The position numbers were made by a program, and so were the translations under genes. This document shows, piece by piece, positions 24,828 to 39,046 of a stretch of DNA of 64,000 bases (position 1 is its first letter; every line of letters begins with the position of its first letter). Below the pieces are notes generated by a model. The model worked only from the letters and a program-made list of their open reading frames with translations, was not told the DNA's origin and ran no database searches. Location: positions 1-64,000 of the forward strand of contig JAHLWZ010000644.1 of assembly GCA_020536535.1 (NCBI GenBank). The letters run 5' to 3'. The DNA comes from Pelomyxa schiedti (lineage: Eukaryota > Protista > Evosea).

Positions 24828-27800
24828 TCATGGAAGGACTTTCCCCATAAACACAATAAGGAACACACAGGAGGATAAGGACAACCACACTGTGGGGAAG
24901 GATTGAGAAGCTGGGCACAGCCACAACTGCCCAGTGTCACACACACCCTCTGGGTGCTCCTCAACATCCGCATTGTTGATATCACACTCCAAACCGTGGT
25001 ACATTGTGAACGTGACTGTTCCCGGTGATGACTCGGAGTTGGTGCACTCAAGCCCCCAGCATTCGGTTGTGGTGCACACACAGTCCCCTCCTTTGTAGAA
25101 GTAAACATCCGTGATGTCTTCATATCCGCATCTGTCATTCGGCGAATAAAGAAGCACTGCACTGTTGGGGGAAATTAAAATCAATCGGGTGCAGAATGGT
25201 GAGGGTTATTACACAAGAAGAGGAAAGCACACACTCACCCTCCAACAAGAGATGTTTCAGTTTTGGATATTGAGGTCCCGTCAAGGCATGTTTGATTTAT
25301 GTAAGTCCCAGTGTCACCAAAAAGGTCACATGTTCCTTCAGCGGAATAGTCACAGAACCGAGTCACTGTGCCAGATGCGTAAAGCGGCTCTCTTGCACAA
25401 TCTTTTTTTGTTTTCGTTATTCAATGTTGAATGCCAAAACTGGATTAGCGACGAGTGAGATACAACCAACCTGAGCCGTCAACTAAGATATCCATGTTGA
25501 ATTTCTCGAGATCGTCAAAAGCGCCACAAGTCGTGAGTTGATAGTAACGGGTGATGTAAGGATCATCACGAGTATACGGAAACAAATTGCATTGGCTTGC
25601 TGTTCCAGACGGTGAAACCACGTAGGTGAGGGTTTGCACATCATGCAATGATGGGGGACAAGTTGGAAGATCAAACTGGGCCATCTGTGTGCCTGTGAAA
25701 CACAGAAAATGCAAAGGTGGTCATGCTGACAGTGATATGCATTTTACCTGCACGGTTGACCTCTCCATATTGCAATATGAGATAAATGCAGAATTTTCAT
25801 AGGGAGATAAACAGTCAAGAGAGTACCAGTTCGTGAAGTTCACTGTTGAGCAGGAGGAACCAGAGTACCATAAAATTTCAACAGGACTAACCACTTTAGT
25901 AAGCTGAAAGGTTCGATGAAGCTTAGATTTTCTTACTCGGTGGTGAAGTAATCCGTGGAAACTGGATCATCTGTTCCAATATCCCTGCATTCCGCTTCAG
26001 TGAAGTAACCATCAACAACGGTGCTGTATTCGCAGCAGTAAGGGTTCACATAGACAACAACTCGGTAAATTGGATCTGTTATTGAATTGAAATGAGAAGA
26101 GGAATCTCAAGAAAGCCTTTTTCAAACCGTCTTCCTGATAAAGGTGCTGTTTGAGAACTTGCCATTTCCTGTTTTGAGTCTGACAGTAATACAGGGTTGT
26201 GTAGGAATCCGTGTGAATCCCCTCGGGTGTTAGCAATTTCGATGTTGAGCTTCCTGAACACGCACTCGTGCTGTATGATAACTCCTTGAAGGAATGAGGG
26301 AAAGTAGGGAGTTGAAAAGGTCTCACGGAAATGGATCCTTCAAAGGAGACTTCATCCGAAAAACAGGAGTGACCATAGCTGGCAGTGCCTGTTTGATGAC
26401 TGATGCAGTGAGAATTGTATGCCCAAGTACTATCCCAAACGTCAACTGCGCCTTGCACCTGGGCCACAAATGCACTGCAGAAAAAGAAAAAATGAGCAAC
26501 AACTCCCAGCAAAAGTGACTTACTCAGGCCAGAGAGAACAAAGAGCAGGTTCGGAAGTGGTGCAAACAGCAGAATGAACCACGTTCTCAGTGTAATACGT
26601 TCCAGGAATGACGTACTCCACACAGTTTTCAGACCAGTAGTAGCGCATCTCAGTCATTTTACTTGTGTCGTCACCTGCACAGTGAGGGGTCGGAAATGGG
26701 GACTTTCCTTTCAGTTCACACCGAACACTGAGGGACCGGGGAACGTGTAAATTGATTGCCAAGCGGGATTGGGTGGTGCACATTGAACAGTCATGTATTT
26801 TCCTGTCTGGTCAGTGAAACACCCTTCTTTACTGGCGGATCCAGACTCCAATATTTCTTTTGTGCTACACTCTCCTGTGCAATCATAATAATAACTTTCA
26901 CGCTCTTCACACTCGTATGCCTTATATATGGTTAAAGCACATTTAAGTAACCTTACAAGGGAGGATACATTCACATGTGCATCAGAATCGTCCACATTAC
27001 AATCCACATAATAACAAGAATAAGAGGTGAAATCATAGTTATGGCATTCAGGAGAGTAAAAAGACCAACTGTTGGCTGGTTTACTGCAATTAGAGTCCAG
27101 ATACCGACTGACCGAAATTGGACTAACAAATAAAAAGGGGAGAGGAAAAAAGAAATAAGCGAGTAAGTGGTCACATCAGCACATTAGAAAAACGCACTAG
27201 TCGATCCCAAGAGAGAAAGTGGTAAGAGAAGTCAAGCAAGTGTTGTTAATCACGAAATCGGAAGAAGGAGCAACAGTGGTGCAGTACTGAGACCAATACA
27301 CATCCACAGAAAGCAGGTGCTCTGTTTGTTGTTATTTCAGCTTTGAGGTTGGTATCGTTTGGCAGAACTTTCATCAAAACGAAACGAAAACAAAAAAGGT
27401 GAGGGATAGTGAATCATACGCATTGCTACATCGGTGAAGCTCTTTCTGACTTGGAAGGCAGGGTTGGGAAGTTCGCAGTGCAAGTCAAAGAACCCCATGT
27501 TGTTGGAACCGGTGGTGTAGCACCACTCCTGTTCCGTTGCAGTTCCCGGCTGTACTATGTTCTGTGTTGTGCCTTCCGTTTCGCAGGTTGAATCTGTGGA
27601 ACCACTGGACAGCTGAACATAGTGTTCAATTTTGAATCATTTCTCGTGTTATATCCGTAAACATACCAGCAGCCCAGCGGCGCCTGCTGATGACGTGCAC
27701 TCCATAATGTGATATCCCTTGGAAGTATCTTGGTCAGCAACGCAATCGCGTGTGGCTGCCAGTCTGTACATCCACGCATGGCTCTCGGAGCATTTGCTGC

Positions 27801-29506
27801 TTGAGGAACCATACATGTTCGAAAGGATTGCACTGCACAACGAAGTGAGTGAATTGTGATTTTTTTTCTTTGGATAAATAGTCATACTCTTCCCAATAGC
27901 CAAACGGATCAGGCAAGTTGTCCAGGTCTGTACAGAACCAGTTTTGAAAGAGGTCATACTCTGAAGAGCCTCTTGAAACAGTTTTTGTTTCACAATATGA
28001 TGTATAGTACTGCTCTATCATCATCACGCTTGCTGAACGTTCAGTATTATTCAGAAAGGTAAATAATTGCGCAAAAAGAATTGACCTGATGCATCACTTC
28101 CAGCGTAATGTTCGATTGTTTGATAGCCCTGACTGAAGTGCTCTTGTGATAAAGAAAACCATGTAGCATCAGGAAAGGCAATATAGCACTGTGGAGTGTT
28201 CCCAAGACCCTTGCGGTAGTTAAAGGTTGTGGCACTCCCAGAACAGTCTGGATCTCTGTAATAGTCATAAAACTAAACAATTTTGAGAGGCATGAAAACA
28301 GATGAATTTCAGTCTACCACTAAAAAGACACCAGTATCCAACACATAGGCTGACGTAGAATCTGATGTTATACAAGTTGAAGCCCATACTTCAGTTGATC
28401 TAACTTTTTCACTGCAGAAGTTGTCATTGTTGGTGAACCATTGTAGAACATAAGGCCTGGATGCAACAAGTTGTGTCAGTGGATGTGACAATAAATCACC
28501 ATTTACTCCACATACGGATTTTCTGTGTCCGGAATAAGAGTCCATGGATCTGGTTCAGTCAGTGAGCATGCCCAACTTTCCATCCAGTTTAATCCCTGAA
28601 TGCAAGAAATCTCCTGGCAGTCATCTGTGAAGTAATACTCATACCCAAGAGCATCAGTGGCTCCAGAACAATCCAACACTTACGCCATTAAATGTTAATT
28701 TGAAGATAACACAGTGCCTACATTCATGATCCACCGGATAGTATTTTATGACTTGATACGCTGCAAGGTCGGAATCCAACGGTGCAGTGCAATCCACGGT
28801 GAAAGATCCAGAATCATATTCTAGACTGAAACAATTCCCGTGTTTCACAGCAATGTCTTCTGTCATCACGTCATGCCAGGACAGAGTGGAACATGTGGGA
28901 GAGGAGGACTGCTTCTCCTGAAACCGAACCATCAGACATCAGGAAGATCAGACAGATATCAATTATACCCAGATTTCCCCTCTTGCTTGGCTGCAATTGA
29001 AGGACAAATATTGGCCAGAACTGTAACTGCAACTGCTTGCATCGAAAATTTGGACCATGTACAGGTCTACACCATCACAGTAATCATTCCAGTACTTTAC
29101 TGTGTGATAACTATAATGAACAGTTAGAATTTTGTCTGAAAGGTGTTGTCCCACCTTTCAAAATACGAGTCAATGTCAGGCATTTCACTGTGACAAAACG
29201 TCCTGCGATTCCAGTCTATGTCAGGCCAACAGTCTGAATTTTCCGAGCAATACGAGCCCCACTCAAGTTCCACGTTTGTCAAAGCGCCACATGTGTCCCA
29301 TCCTTGTAGAAAATTACAGGCATTAGAATGGTAGGCGACGGCAACCGCTCAATCATTAACATCTTACTTATGACTCAATTTAATAGTTGTTGTTGTAGCA
29401 AGATCACACCTGTTGGTTCATAATACAGAGTCTCCTGCCATGTTTGAGGGTTGCAAGTAAGCACATGCAGTGCTATTAATATAGCACACGACACACCCGC
29501 CTTCAT
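24828..29506 (-). CDS. Large Cys/Tyr-rich secreted or GPI-anchored surface protein
   Basis: Signal peptide MKAGVSCAILIALHVLTC; many exons with YY..xC..C modules; hydrophobic C-terminus TVWLSLSSCVFLIVFMGKVLP*. May be more than one gene. Confidence 0.6.
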
Positions 29507-29938
29507 TCTTTGTTTCAACTACTGACCCCCCCAACTTCCCTTTGTTTTATTTGTCAATAGAAGCGTTATGGACGTTGGGACGTTTATCAAGATTTGCCGA
29601 TATTTTCCAATCGGTAAATCATAGCTTCCCTGTGAGACAGGTTCACACAGATTCCTAATCTGCCTAGATCTATTGTTCTGGTGTTCTGCTCACACCAACC
29701 TGTGGAGAAATCTTTTCACACCAACATTAGAACGTGTGGTTGTTTGCCCAGCTGCTGAATGATAAAACTGGGTAAAAACAACCAGTACATCAACAAAATA
29801 CCCTTTTCCTTGTACGGTCAGTTCGTGTATTTGACCCCCCTGCATCAAATAATAAAAGAGATCTCTTTTACATCAACACCCATTTTGGAGAAAAAAAAAC
29901 GAAAAAAAATATTTTCGTTTGGCTGCAGTGCCCGGACG

Positions 29939-32535
29939 ATGGCAATGTCGGAGGCGGATTGGGTGGGTCAACTGTCAGCCGCCTCAGGGTGCCCATCCAC
30001 CAACTTGGTCCGTAGAATGCAACATCGATTTCTTTTGTGTTTTGTTTTGACCTTTCGTTTCCGCTGGTTGTTTTCTATTTGCATTCTATTGTGGATTCGG
30101 TTTTTTACATATTTCCTTGTTGTTCTTTTTTTGTTTTGTGGTTTTAGTTGCAACTAACTCACGTAATATACACAAAACAGCAAAGTTTGGGACAGTATGT
30201 TCAGCAGGTGGGGAAGAGCACGGCTTTGTATCAACTGGGATTGGTGTTTGAGCAAAGAGGCATGACTGACAGGGCTGCACAGTGTTTCTTGCAAGCGGAT
30301 TCACCTGTTTCGTTGACGGCATTGGGTGTAAGCATGACTAACTTAACTACTTTTTTTTTTTTCATTTCTCTCGAAGGTTCTTTATGAAAATAAAGGTGAC
30401 GTTATGCGCGCTATGCAGACATTCAAAATGGCTGCCACTCTGTCTGCAAACCTTCATTTAGCCTCTTTACATTATTCCTGTGGAGACTTCAAGCAAGCTG
30501 AACAAGTACCTCGAATTCGCACTCTCTAAATTGATCATTGCTCTAGATTTTACTCAAATGCAATTCCCCTTCTGCCTGGTTACTTCTAGGTACTTTCTAT
30601 GCAAGAGAAGGCCTTCATCAAAAAGCCAGGTTGGCGCCATCGTGCATTTCCAGCTGTGAAATTTACAACCAAAATTGTTACGTACAGTGAAGCCTTCAAC
30701 AATTCACATCTACAACATGCGATTGACTGGTGGTCTGCAAATTCTTCGCCTTCTAATACAGACACTGCTGCCAAAGAGTACTTGGATGTACTAGCAGTCC
30801 ATGCTCGAGAGATGGCATCTCGGGAATTATCACCACCAGAAACTCGAAATAAGTCCGGTAACATTTCCGAAGACCGTCCTTTGATTACTACTAACTAATG
30901 GATGACCAGATGCGTCAACCTCTCCAACAGATTCTGTGAATTGCGGAGAAACATCGTCATCAGTAACTCCGGAAGATATTCAAACAGCATTGCACCAAGC
31001 AGTATGAAATGTTGCAACCTTCTCTCAAGGGAGTCATTTATAGTTCAGGACTCACCTTTCACAACCATGGACAGAAGAATGCACTTGTTCAAAACATTAC
31101 ATGCTATGCATATTTCCTCTGTAAGTGGAAACTTTTCGTCATGAACCAATTGTGAGGATGTTTAGAAAGAAGACGTGATCGCACTTAGGGGAAAATGTCT
31201 TATAATGTTACATGCTTTGCAATATAACTGCCGAATGCAACGTTACGCAAAGGAGTTTATAGAGTCACTCCAAAGCACTGCCTCCGAGCAAGAGATTGCT
31301 GAGGTTTCTTTAACAATAAATACCAGCCAGTCAAATTTTCATAGTGCATTCGGCTTGTACAATGCGCAACTGCGGTTCATTACTCCATAGGTGATGATAT
31401 CGCTTCTTGCAAACCACGCTCTTATGAGGTAATACTCATATTTTCCCTGCCGGGGTCTTCTGTCCAGTATGTAGAAGTGGTACAGTGATTTTTATCCGCT
31501 CTTCTTTTTATGTACTCTGGATTTCTCCAATATCTCTGTAGGAGTTCTCAACAATTTGGGGAATATTGGAAGACAAAGATCACACACGAGGAAGCTCTTT
31601 AAAGTTTCATTCCCTTTCATATGGAGAGGGTGGGAAGGAAAGCCTGCATATTAATCAACCTAGGGTTTCTATTGGGAATGTAACTTACTTTGTACTTGGT
31701 GAAAATTTGAACATCCCTCTACTGAATCGCTTCAGGCCAGCCGGCAAAGTTCACGCTCATGGTAACTTTCTCTAAGCAGTCGCCTCCTAAAAATCGAATA
31801 GGGGAAGTTCTTACCATAATGCACATCGCAATTCAAAAATTGCTAAATACCACCTTGAGTGTAGACATGTTTCTTTCTCTCGTGTGGGCACTCGTCGGTG
31901 GAATTCATGTCACTGGAGAATTACCAAAAGAATTTTTTGAACGTGGCATACCACACTCTCCTCCACAGTGTATGCCAGTGAGGAGGAATATGCCTGTACT
32001 TGTACAACAAATGGGAGTTCAGTTTCTTGTGAGTGTTATCAAAAGTGTTGTACACCTATCTATCCCTCAACCAGAATCAACTACATCCACAACCCCGAAC
32101 GCCGGTAACCTGCAAACCCCCTGCCCCAATTCCGAGGTAGCCTCAGATACCGGGCAACAGGTTCCCACCAACCCCACCCAAATCGCTGTTAATAGTACAA
32201 CTGACAACATTACCACCGCACAAACAACAACCACTGACACCCACACCACCACTGAATCCGGCAGCACCGGAATCAACATCAACAGTGATGGTATCACCGC
32301 TTCAACCCCCGGAACTTCTTCCCTCCCACAACAACCACTTAATCCGGCTCCATCATCCTCACCACCAACTCAAAGCACACCCATCACCCCAAACAACAGC
32401 AACAGCAACAACATAATAACCACTGATACTACTAGCACAAATACTACCAACCTGCCTGTAACACTTGCACCAGACTACATTCTATTTTCTGGAGCCACAC
32501 CCCCTTCATTCTTTGTAATGCAGCCAGACTTGTAA
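29939..32535 (+). CDS. TPR/Sel1-like repeat protein with Thr-rich C-terminus
   Basis: ALYQLGLVFEQRGMTDRAAQCF, LTALG|VLYENKGDVMRAMQTF, LHLASLHYSCGDFKQAE; exon chain continues to the stop at 32535. Confidence 0.6.
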
Positions 32536-32808
32536 AGAATTCGACCAATCCAAACAAAAAATCAAAATCCATCGGCCTTCTTTTGGTTAGTTTTGTTTGA
32601 ATTCCGATGAATTGATGACTTCGTGTAAATGTAACTCATCAGCCGTACCTACCTAACCAATTTGTTGGGTGAGATTTAAATACAACCAAAGACCAAAACA
32701 AGGGCAGGACGACAGGCCATCAAAGGATAGAGGAGATAAACCAAAAAAAAAATCATCCTGCCCCCGTCGCCCTCATAGTGTGACCGAGTCCGGGAGACCC
32801 ACCGCATT

Positions 32809-34366
32809 ATGGGATGTGGAGCTAGTGGGAGTTGGGCACGCCACGTGGGCTCTGCCGTAATTCCAACGACGCCGACGAATTCGCCAATGGGCAGTGCATC
32901 CCATAATTTTCGTGATTCCACGTCCATTAGGTCCGCGCCAACCGCGTCATTAACTACACAACAATGGTCTTCATCAGCCAACAACAACACAACAAAAATA
33001 AATAAAAAAACCAACACCAACAAACAGTGTCGAGTAAAAACCGGCACTGCATCGCCCCAGAAGCAAAAACAACAACAACAAACACAAAGACAACGCCAGC
33101 GCCAGTTTTCACAACAAAATCCACAAAGATACTATCACACATACGGCAACACTCCCATACAAACGCACCAGCAGCGGTCATTAAGTGTACACCACTGGGG
33201 ACCTTCAACACAGCCGCCCCGAACTACCTTTACTGGCAATTCAAGCGGCATTTACGTTGGAGGCGCAACCAATGCCACTGCCTCTGCGACATGTTGTGGG
33301 GACAGAAACGGGGTCGCTGAGGGGAGACGGCAGGGGAATGCGCTGAGCACAGCGGGTGTGGGATCACCCTCTGGGGAAAATGCTTGTCCAATGATGGTTC
33401 CTTCCTCTATCCGGAGTGAATGTGGATATTCTGGTGGGTTCCCTCTTTTTTCCCAATTTACTATACCGAACTCGAACTTATAGTCTCCTTCTTCGAATCG
33501 TAACAGACCGGTTGGACAGATTGGCGGCCGCCAGCTTCTCTACATGTGCCACTGGTGGAATAGTTGCGCATAAGACGTTCCATTCAACACAATATGGGTC
33601 CTGCAAAACACTTCATCACGAAACTAGCATACATGGAATGGGAGTTTATTCTGCAGCATCCCGGGAGGGGGTAACTGGACCAGCAACAAGTCGGTCAATT
33701 TTAATGACAGGCAGACTTTCATCTGGAGACATGACTGCCCGGGACTGTGATTTACCCTCTGGGGTATCCACAGGCACTATCACCACAATGCACAACACTG
33801 TGGAAGGTGGAAGTTTCAAACTACCATGCACCCGCAGTTTTGACCTGTCTCGCCAAAGCACTGCATCCAACCATATTGGCAGCAGTGGAAGTGACTATGA
33901 GGACACTGTAGCGCAACGAACTAGTTGTCTTGTACCAGATGACTGGAATGCACTTTTTGAATCTGTTGCCCAACATCACAACAAATCAAGTAATTCACTG
34001 CGATCCACTGTATGTACACAAACCCAGGAACTTTCTGCCTATACAACATCCTCACATTCGGAACAAAGTGATGATAATCTCTGCCTGAGAGTTGGTGGTG
34101 TTCTATACTCTGTACATGACAGAAGTTTACCTACATCAAAAACATCCGGCTCACAAGAGAACTTTTGTGGGGTATGCTGTGATGTAGAAGTAAATTGGTG
34201 TGTAGTTTTCTTACAACTTTATCAGTTGCTAACCAGTTTTAATAGTGTTCTTGTGCCCTGTGGTCATGTTGGACTTTGCTTTGACTGTGCTAACAAAATG
34301 CAAGGCCAGCTTTGCCCTTTTTGTAGAAAGACAATAGCTTCTGTAGTTAAAATATACAAAGTTTAA
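32809..34366 (+). CDS. N-acylated RING-HC E3 ligase-like protein
   Basis: MGCGAS (myristoyl/palmitoyl-type start); C-terminal CGVCCDVEVN|SVLVPCGHVGLCFDCANKMQGQLCPFCRKTI. Confidence 0.85.
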
Positions 34367-34499
34367 GACTTTGTGTTTTTATGAATTTTTAAGAACCATT
34401 TGTGAGGTTCATCAAGGCACTTGTTACAGCTCCATTTTCCTCACCAATTGCCCCAAAATCAAATTCGCCAACTGGATATGCAACAAGAACTGTATCTGT

Positions 34500-35146
34500 G
34501 GTGTTAAGAGGAGCTTCTATGGAGTGTTTAAAAAGATTGGGAAAAATGTAAAATACCCAAGGGCCTTTCCAGTAATGTGCCCAACATCCCTTGGAACTGT
34601 GCAGCCTCCACGGAATATCTGAGCACTATATACAACATAGACCAGAATCAATATTAGAAGAGAAATGAAATGTGTTGCATGCCAAGAGTGCCATGACCAT
34701 TTTCACCAAATAGTTTATCAGCCTCCAGAGTTATCTCTACATAATTAAACCAACGGAAATTCATCAGTCATAGCAACAAGCATACTTAAATGGCCCTCGT
34801 CATCAGTTCCAAATGAAATTGTCTTGAACCTTGGATCACTAATAGGCATGTTTATCACGGCCCTCGTAAAGTCAGTGCACAGCAGCCTGGCATCTTTTAT
34901 AATGCACAACTTAATAATTTATTTGGACATTTGAAACAATTCCATAAAAAAAAACCCTTGCAAAAGAGGTAACACCAAACTGGTCAATACAATGCAGCCC
35001 TTGTCTATTTTGGCACCCTGATTAACACGGGCACCAGGGGACCGCCATTGGTTATAATTCAGCCTCACAGTCACGCTCTCGGCACAAAACAAAATACCCT
35101 CCCCATTGAGGGATTCTCTTTGTTTACTTGATAGTGATGAGCCCAT
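34500..35146 (-). CDS. Small hypothetical protein with possible N-myristoylation; 3' end uncertain
   Basis: MGSSLSSKQRESLNGEGILFCAESVTV... splices to LCIIKDARLLCTDF. Confidence 0.5.
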
Positions 35147-35245
35147 CTTTTGTTTGTTTTGTTCTTGCGTTTTTTTTTTTTGTTATTCCTATTGCAGGGA
35201 TTGTACACAAAGGAGGGAGTGTGACAAAATTTGTTGTTTGCTGGT

Positions 35246-36946
35246 CTATGATTGCTTGCCGAGTTCAATTTTCTTTGATAAAGTGTTGAGCGAGTGATGC
35301 ACAAACCTGTCCACAAGGCCGGCAAAGGTGAACAAACCACCTGGAGTTGTTTTAGTAGAGTTCGCATTCCCACTTCCACTCACCCAAGACAGCAATAATT
35401 CTTATAACAAAGGAAGAGAGGGATTGTCTGTCTTCCACGTACTCGATTCTTACAGGAGAAATGTCATAGTAGAAGTACAGTCCTAAACAGATATAAACAA
35501 TGAGGGAAATAGTATTCATTACCTGGATATGCTTTTCCTTGTGTAAGGGTGGCATTTGAGGAACTGTCCTTAATTTTGAAAGTCAGTTACACATTTTTGA
35601 TTACATTAAAACCTTCACAGTTTCAGCAACACTAAATTGGTTTGATGTGATTTCCTTGGACGTCAAATGCTTGTATGTTGTCGGGATCACTTTAATGTAG
35701 AATTGAAAACTTGACGAGGCCGTTTCTATGGTAAAGGTAGGGGAGACCAGAAAAGAAGCCAACAAACCATCTATCTGCAGAGAATTATCAAGAGGGTTTA
35801 CCATTCCCGGGAATTCTTCGCCAAATGACAATTTGTGTATAGTATGAGTGACATTGACTGTCCTATGATCTTGTTGGCTTTATTTTAGGAGGAAGGCTAG
35901 CTAACTTGGAACTTGAAAGGTCGTGGACATGCATCATATTTTCCTGGAAACTAGTACCAGGGGCAATATGGAAGTTTCCAGCAACTTTGTTCACAAGAAT
36001 AAATCCATAGACGTTGCAACCCTCAGACGAAGAAGTGTCAAACTTAACCACCCCTTCTTGTATGCACTAGAGTCAGTGTCAGATCAGTTCAGTAATTCAA
36101 GTAACACACTTGCAAGATGTTTGTTGGGTTGAAGTTCCAGCCTTTCATTTTATATAGGTCTTTTACTTCACTGCACGTTTTGCAGCAGTGACCTATGGGA
36201 GCTGCACCATAACACGAACCACAGTCTTCAGTTGTAGACACATTCTGATGTTGTTCTTCATCAGACTGAGCATTTGGAATTTCTTCATTGGTAAAAAGAT
36301 CAACAGGGAAACTTTTCAACTTGACCATACGTTGCTTTTCAGGAATAGAAAAGGGTCTTCCATCCTTATTCAAACGACGCTTGAAAACGTCATGTTGTAA
36401 ATCAATGTGGTGCTCACCAGACACGTCCAATGAGTCCACACTCAAAACTAGGTTGATTACTCAACATGCAATAATATCAAGAGAGATGCAAAGTGACACA
36501 CATCCACAAGCTAAATGGTTGAAAGTGATGTTGAAATTGATTTTGAGCATCTCGTCCCTTGTTGTGTCAACCACAACCTCAGGGTACACAGTTATTTGCC
36601 TAAAAATTGTGTTGTAAGTACGCCCCAAATGTATAAATGAGGAATTAACAATAAGTGGTGGCATGCAACATAGAATTACAAAGAAAATGAAAAATAATTA
36701 AAACTTGAAAAGTTCTTGTTGTTGTGGGAAAAAGCGTGCTCACCTATACGCAGCAAACTCCCCAATGAACAACCATAAGAGAAATACGATGCAGCCAATC
36801 GTTACTGTTATAAAGGGGGAAGAGAACAGAATGAGTCACCAGATCTCGCGAGCAAAAAAAAAAGTACTTGCAGCGCCGTAAAGCGTTCTTACTCTGAAGT
36901 CCTCAATGAGACGCGGATATGCGTCCAGCTTCTGCACGAACCTCAT
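35246..36946 (-). CDS. ERGIC3/Erv46-family ER-Golgi cargo receptor
   Basis: KLDAYPRLIEDFRVRTLYGA, INFNITFNHLAC, CGSCYGA...CCKTCSEV...Y, EGCNVYGFILVNKVAGNFHIAPG, GLYFYYDISP, GGLFTFAGLVD, KKIELGKQS*. Confidence 0.95.
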
Positions 36947-37181
36947 TGTCACGTGGCCAAAAAAGAAAAAAGAACAGAAAGACCATCTCGGAACTGATGA
37001 GCTTGAAGACTTGGGTACCAAGGAGAAGATCTCTTCCAGTGGTTAAGTGCGACATGCTCACAAAGAAAAGTGCTCCCGCCCACTGACACTGGAAGGTCTT
37101 CTGCAGTTCTTTTCTCAACGTGAGTTGTGATTTCCCAGAAATGATCTCAAAAAAGCACTGGCCGGCACAACGGCTTCTGCC

Positions 37182-38979
37182 ATGGCAACAACAGCAACAA
37201 CGGCAACGGCAAGCAGCGGTGGCGTAAATGCACTGAAACCCAAGAAGTTGTTGGCGGTCGTTGGTACTACCGAGAATTGGTGAGATGAGATCTGCGTCGT
37301 TGTACCTGGGGAACACCAGTTTTTTTTTTGCTGGGCTCGTTTTCTTTTTTTGTTGGGGCACTCGTGTGTTGTGTCTCTAATTTTCTGGCTTCTTTTCTAT
37401 GTTTTGGTGTTTTACTGTTTTTAAAAAGGTACAGATTGGGTAAAGACATGGTTGTGTCTACCCCTCTTGGTGAGGTTCCTGTGGAAATTGAACAAGCCAC
37501 TTGGGATGATATCACTTGTTGGTATACTAGAAATATGCTAGATTTTCCTTCTCTTCATAATACCGTTATTAGTTGCTATTCTGACTCTGGGATAGAACTC
37601 CGACTGGGCCCCTCCAAAACGCCACTTTGTGGTACGTTTTTCAGTAGTTGATAACTCTCATCCTTTCCTAGAGCAGCAAAAGAATGTTCGCCGTTTCATT
37701 CCTGATTTTATCATTGTGAGGTGATCTCTTTGTCATTTAGCCTCTCAATAAGCAACAACAAATCAGGAATTTTTGTCGCAGTGTGGGTGGCAGGCTGGGC
37801 TCCAAGCCTGATTTTCGTAATACCCTCATGGCACTGTACTATGCTGGTATCCCAATGATGAACTCCTTTCAAGCTCTCTATGCTGAATTGGAGAGGTGAT
37901 GAACTTTTGTTTATTGCTCGTTTCCAATGGTTACAGGCCTATTATGTATGCAGCACTTCTGAGTATTGCAAAGAGACTGGGACATAACAAGTTCCCTCTT
38001 ATCCCACAAATCTTTTACCCCGACCACTCTGAAATGAAGTTTGTCCCTGCCCACCCTCTGCAATTTATCTCCAACTGGTTTTTTAGTATCACTCCTTCCA
38101 CTCCCTTTGTGGTGAAGGTAAGCTACCCTCATGCCGGATTTGGCAAGATGCTTATTCAATCCACTGAAGATTTCCAAGATCTTTCTGGAGTAATAGGCCT
38201 TCACAAGGTCTCTCTATGCACATACATCTTCTCTGGGTTAATATCGGGACTCAGGATTATTGTACGGCCGAGCCGTTTATTGAATCCGAGTATGAACTGA
38301 GAATTATCAAAATTGGCAACACGTATCGGGCACACAAACGTATGGGCTCTTCATGGAAAGTAAATGCAGGAGCTAGCTGTAGGGAACCAGTTCCCATGGA
38401 AGGTGTGAGTTCGCAAAAAAAGATTTTCCTTCACATATTACCTCAGAAAGATATAAACTTTGGGTTGATGAAGCCAGTAAGATTTTTGGAGGTTTGGATC
38501 TTCTTGCACTGGATGCTATTGTCGACAAGAATGGCAAAGAGTACATTCTGGAGGTATCAAATCCGATCCATTTATTTACCTTAAAACCAAAACTACAGGT
38601 GAATGGGTCCGCCCTTGGTCTTTCTCCAGAGCATGAGACAGAAAACTTAATAGCTATTAGGGACCTTGTGCAACAACGGATGAGCGAACTGTTCACACAA
38701 AAACCACTCTCACCCAACAGACTGGAGACACTGTCACCATCACCTACTGCCTCTTCCTTGGAAACAACGATTGTAAACCTTAAAAATGAACTCGCCACTG
38801 CCCTCTTGCAAGTAGAAGAGGAAAAAGCCGCTTATTCCCAGCTTGAACGGAGACTGGAAAATGAAAGAGCCAAACACAAGAACCCAAGTCACTTCATCTT
38901 CCCCTCCATTCCAGTACTTCTCCTAATTGTAATTGCTGTTCTGATTCCCGCCCTTATAGTGCCTCACCTCTTTGGGTGA
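37182..38979 (+). CDS. Synapsin-like ATP-grasp protein with C-terminal coiled coil and transmembrane tail
   Basis: FVVKVSYPHAGFGKM, DFQDLSGVI, YCTAEPFIESEYELRIIKIG, SWKVNAG, RYKLWVDEASKIFGGLDLLA, KEYILE|VNGS. Confidence 0.88.
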
Positions 38980-39046
38980 GATACACAACCCAACACAAAG
39001 CACCAAAACAAAATGAATGGAGCCTTGAAGCTCCTAAAAAAATTTA

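Noticed and set aside
37135-37170. U3 snoRNA box A-like GATCATTTCT on the minus strand
   Set aside because: Boxes B, C and D are not found in the expected order downstream; likely a chance match.
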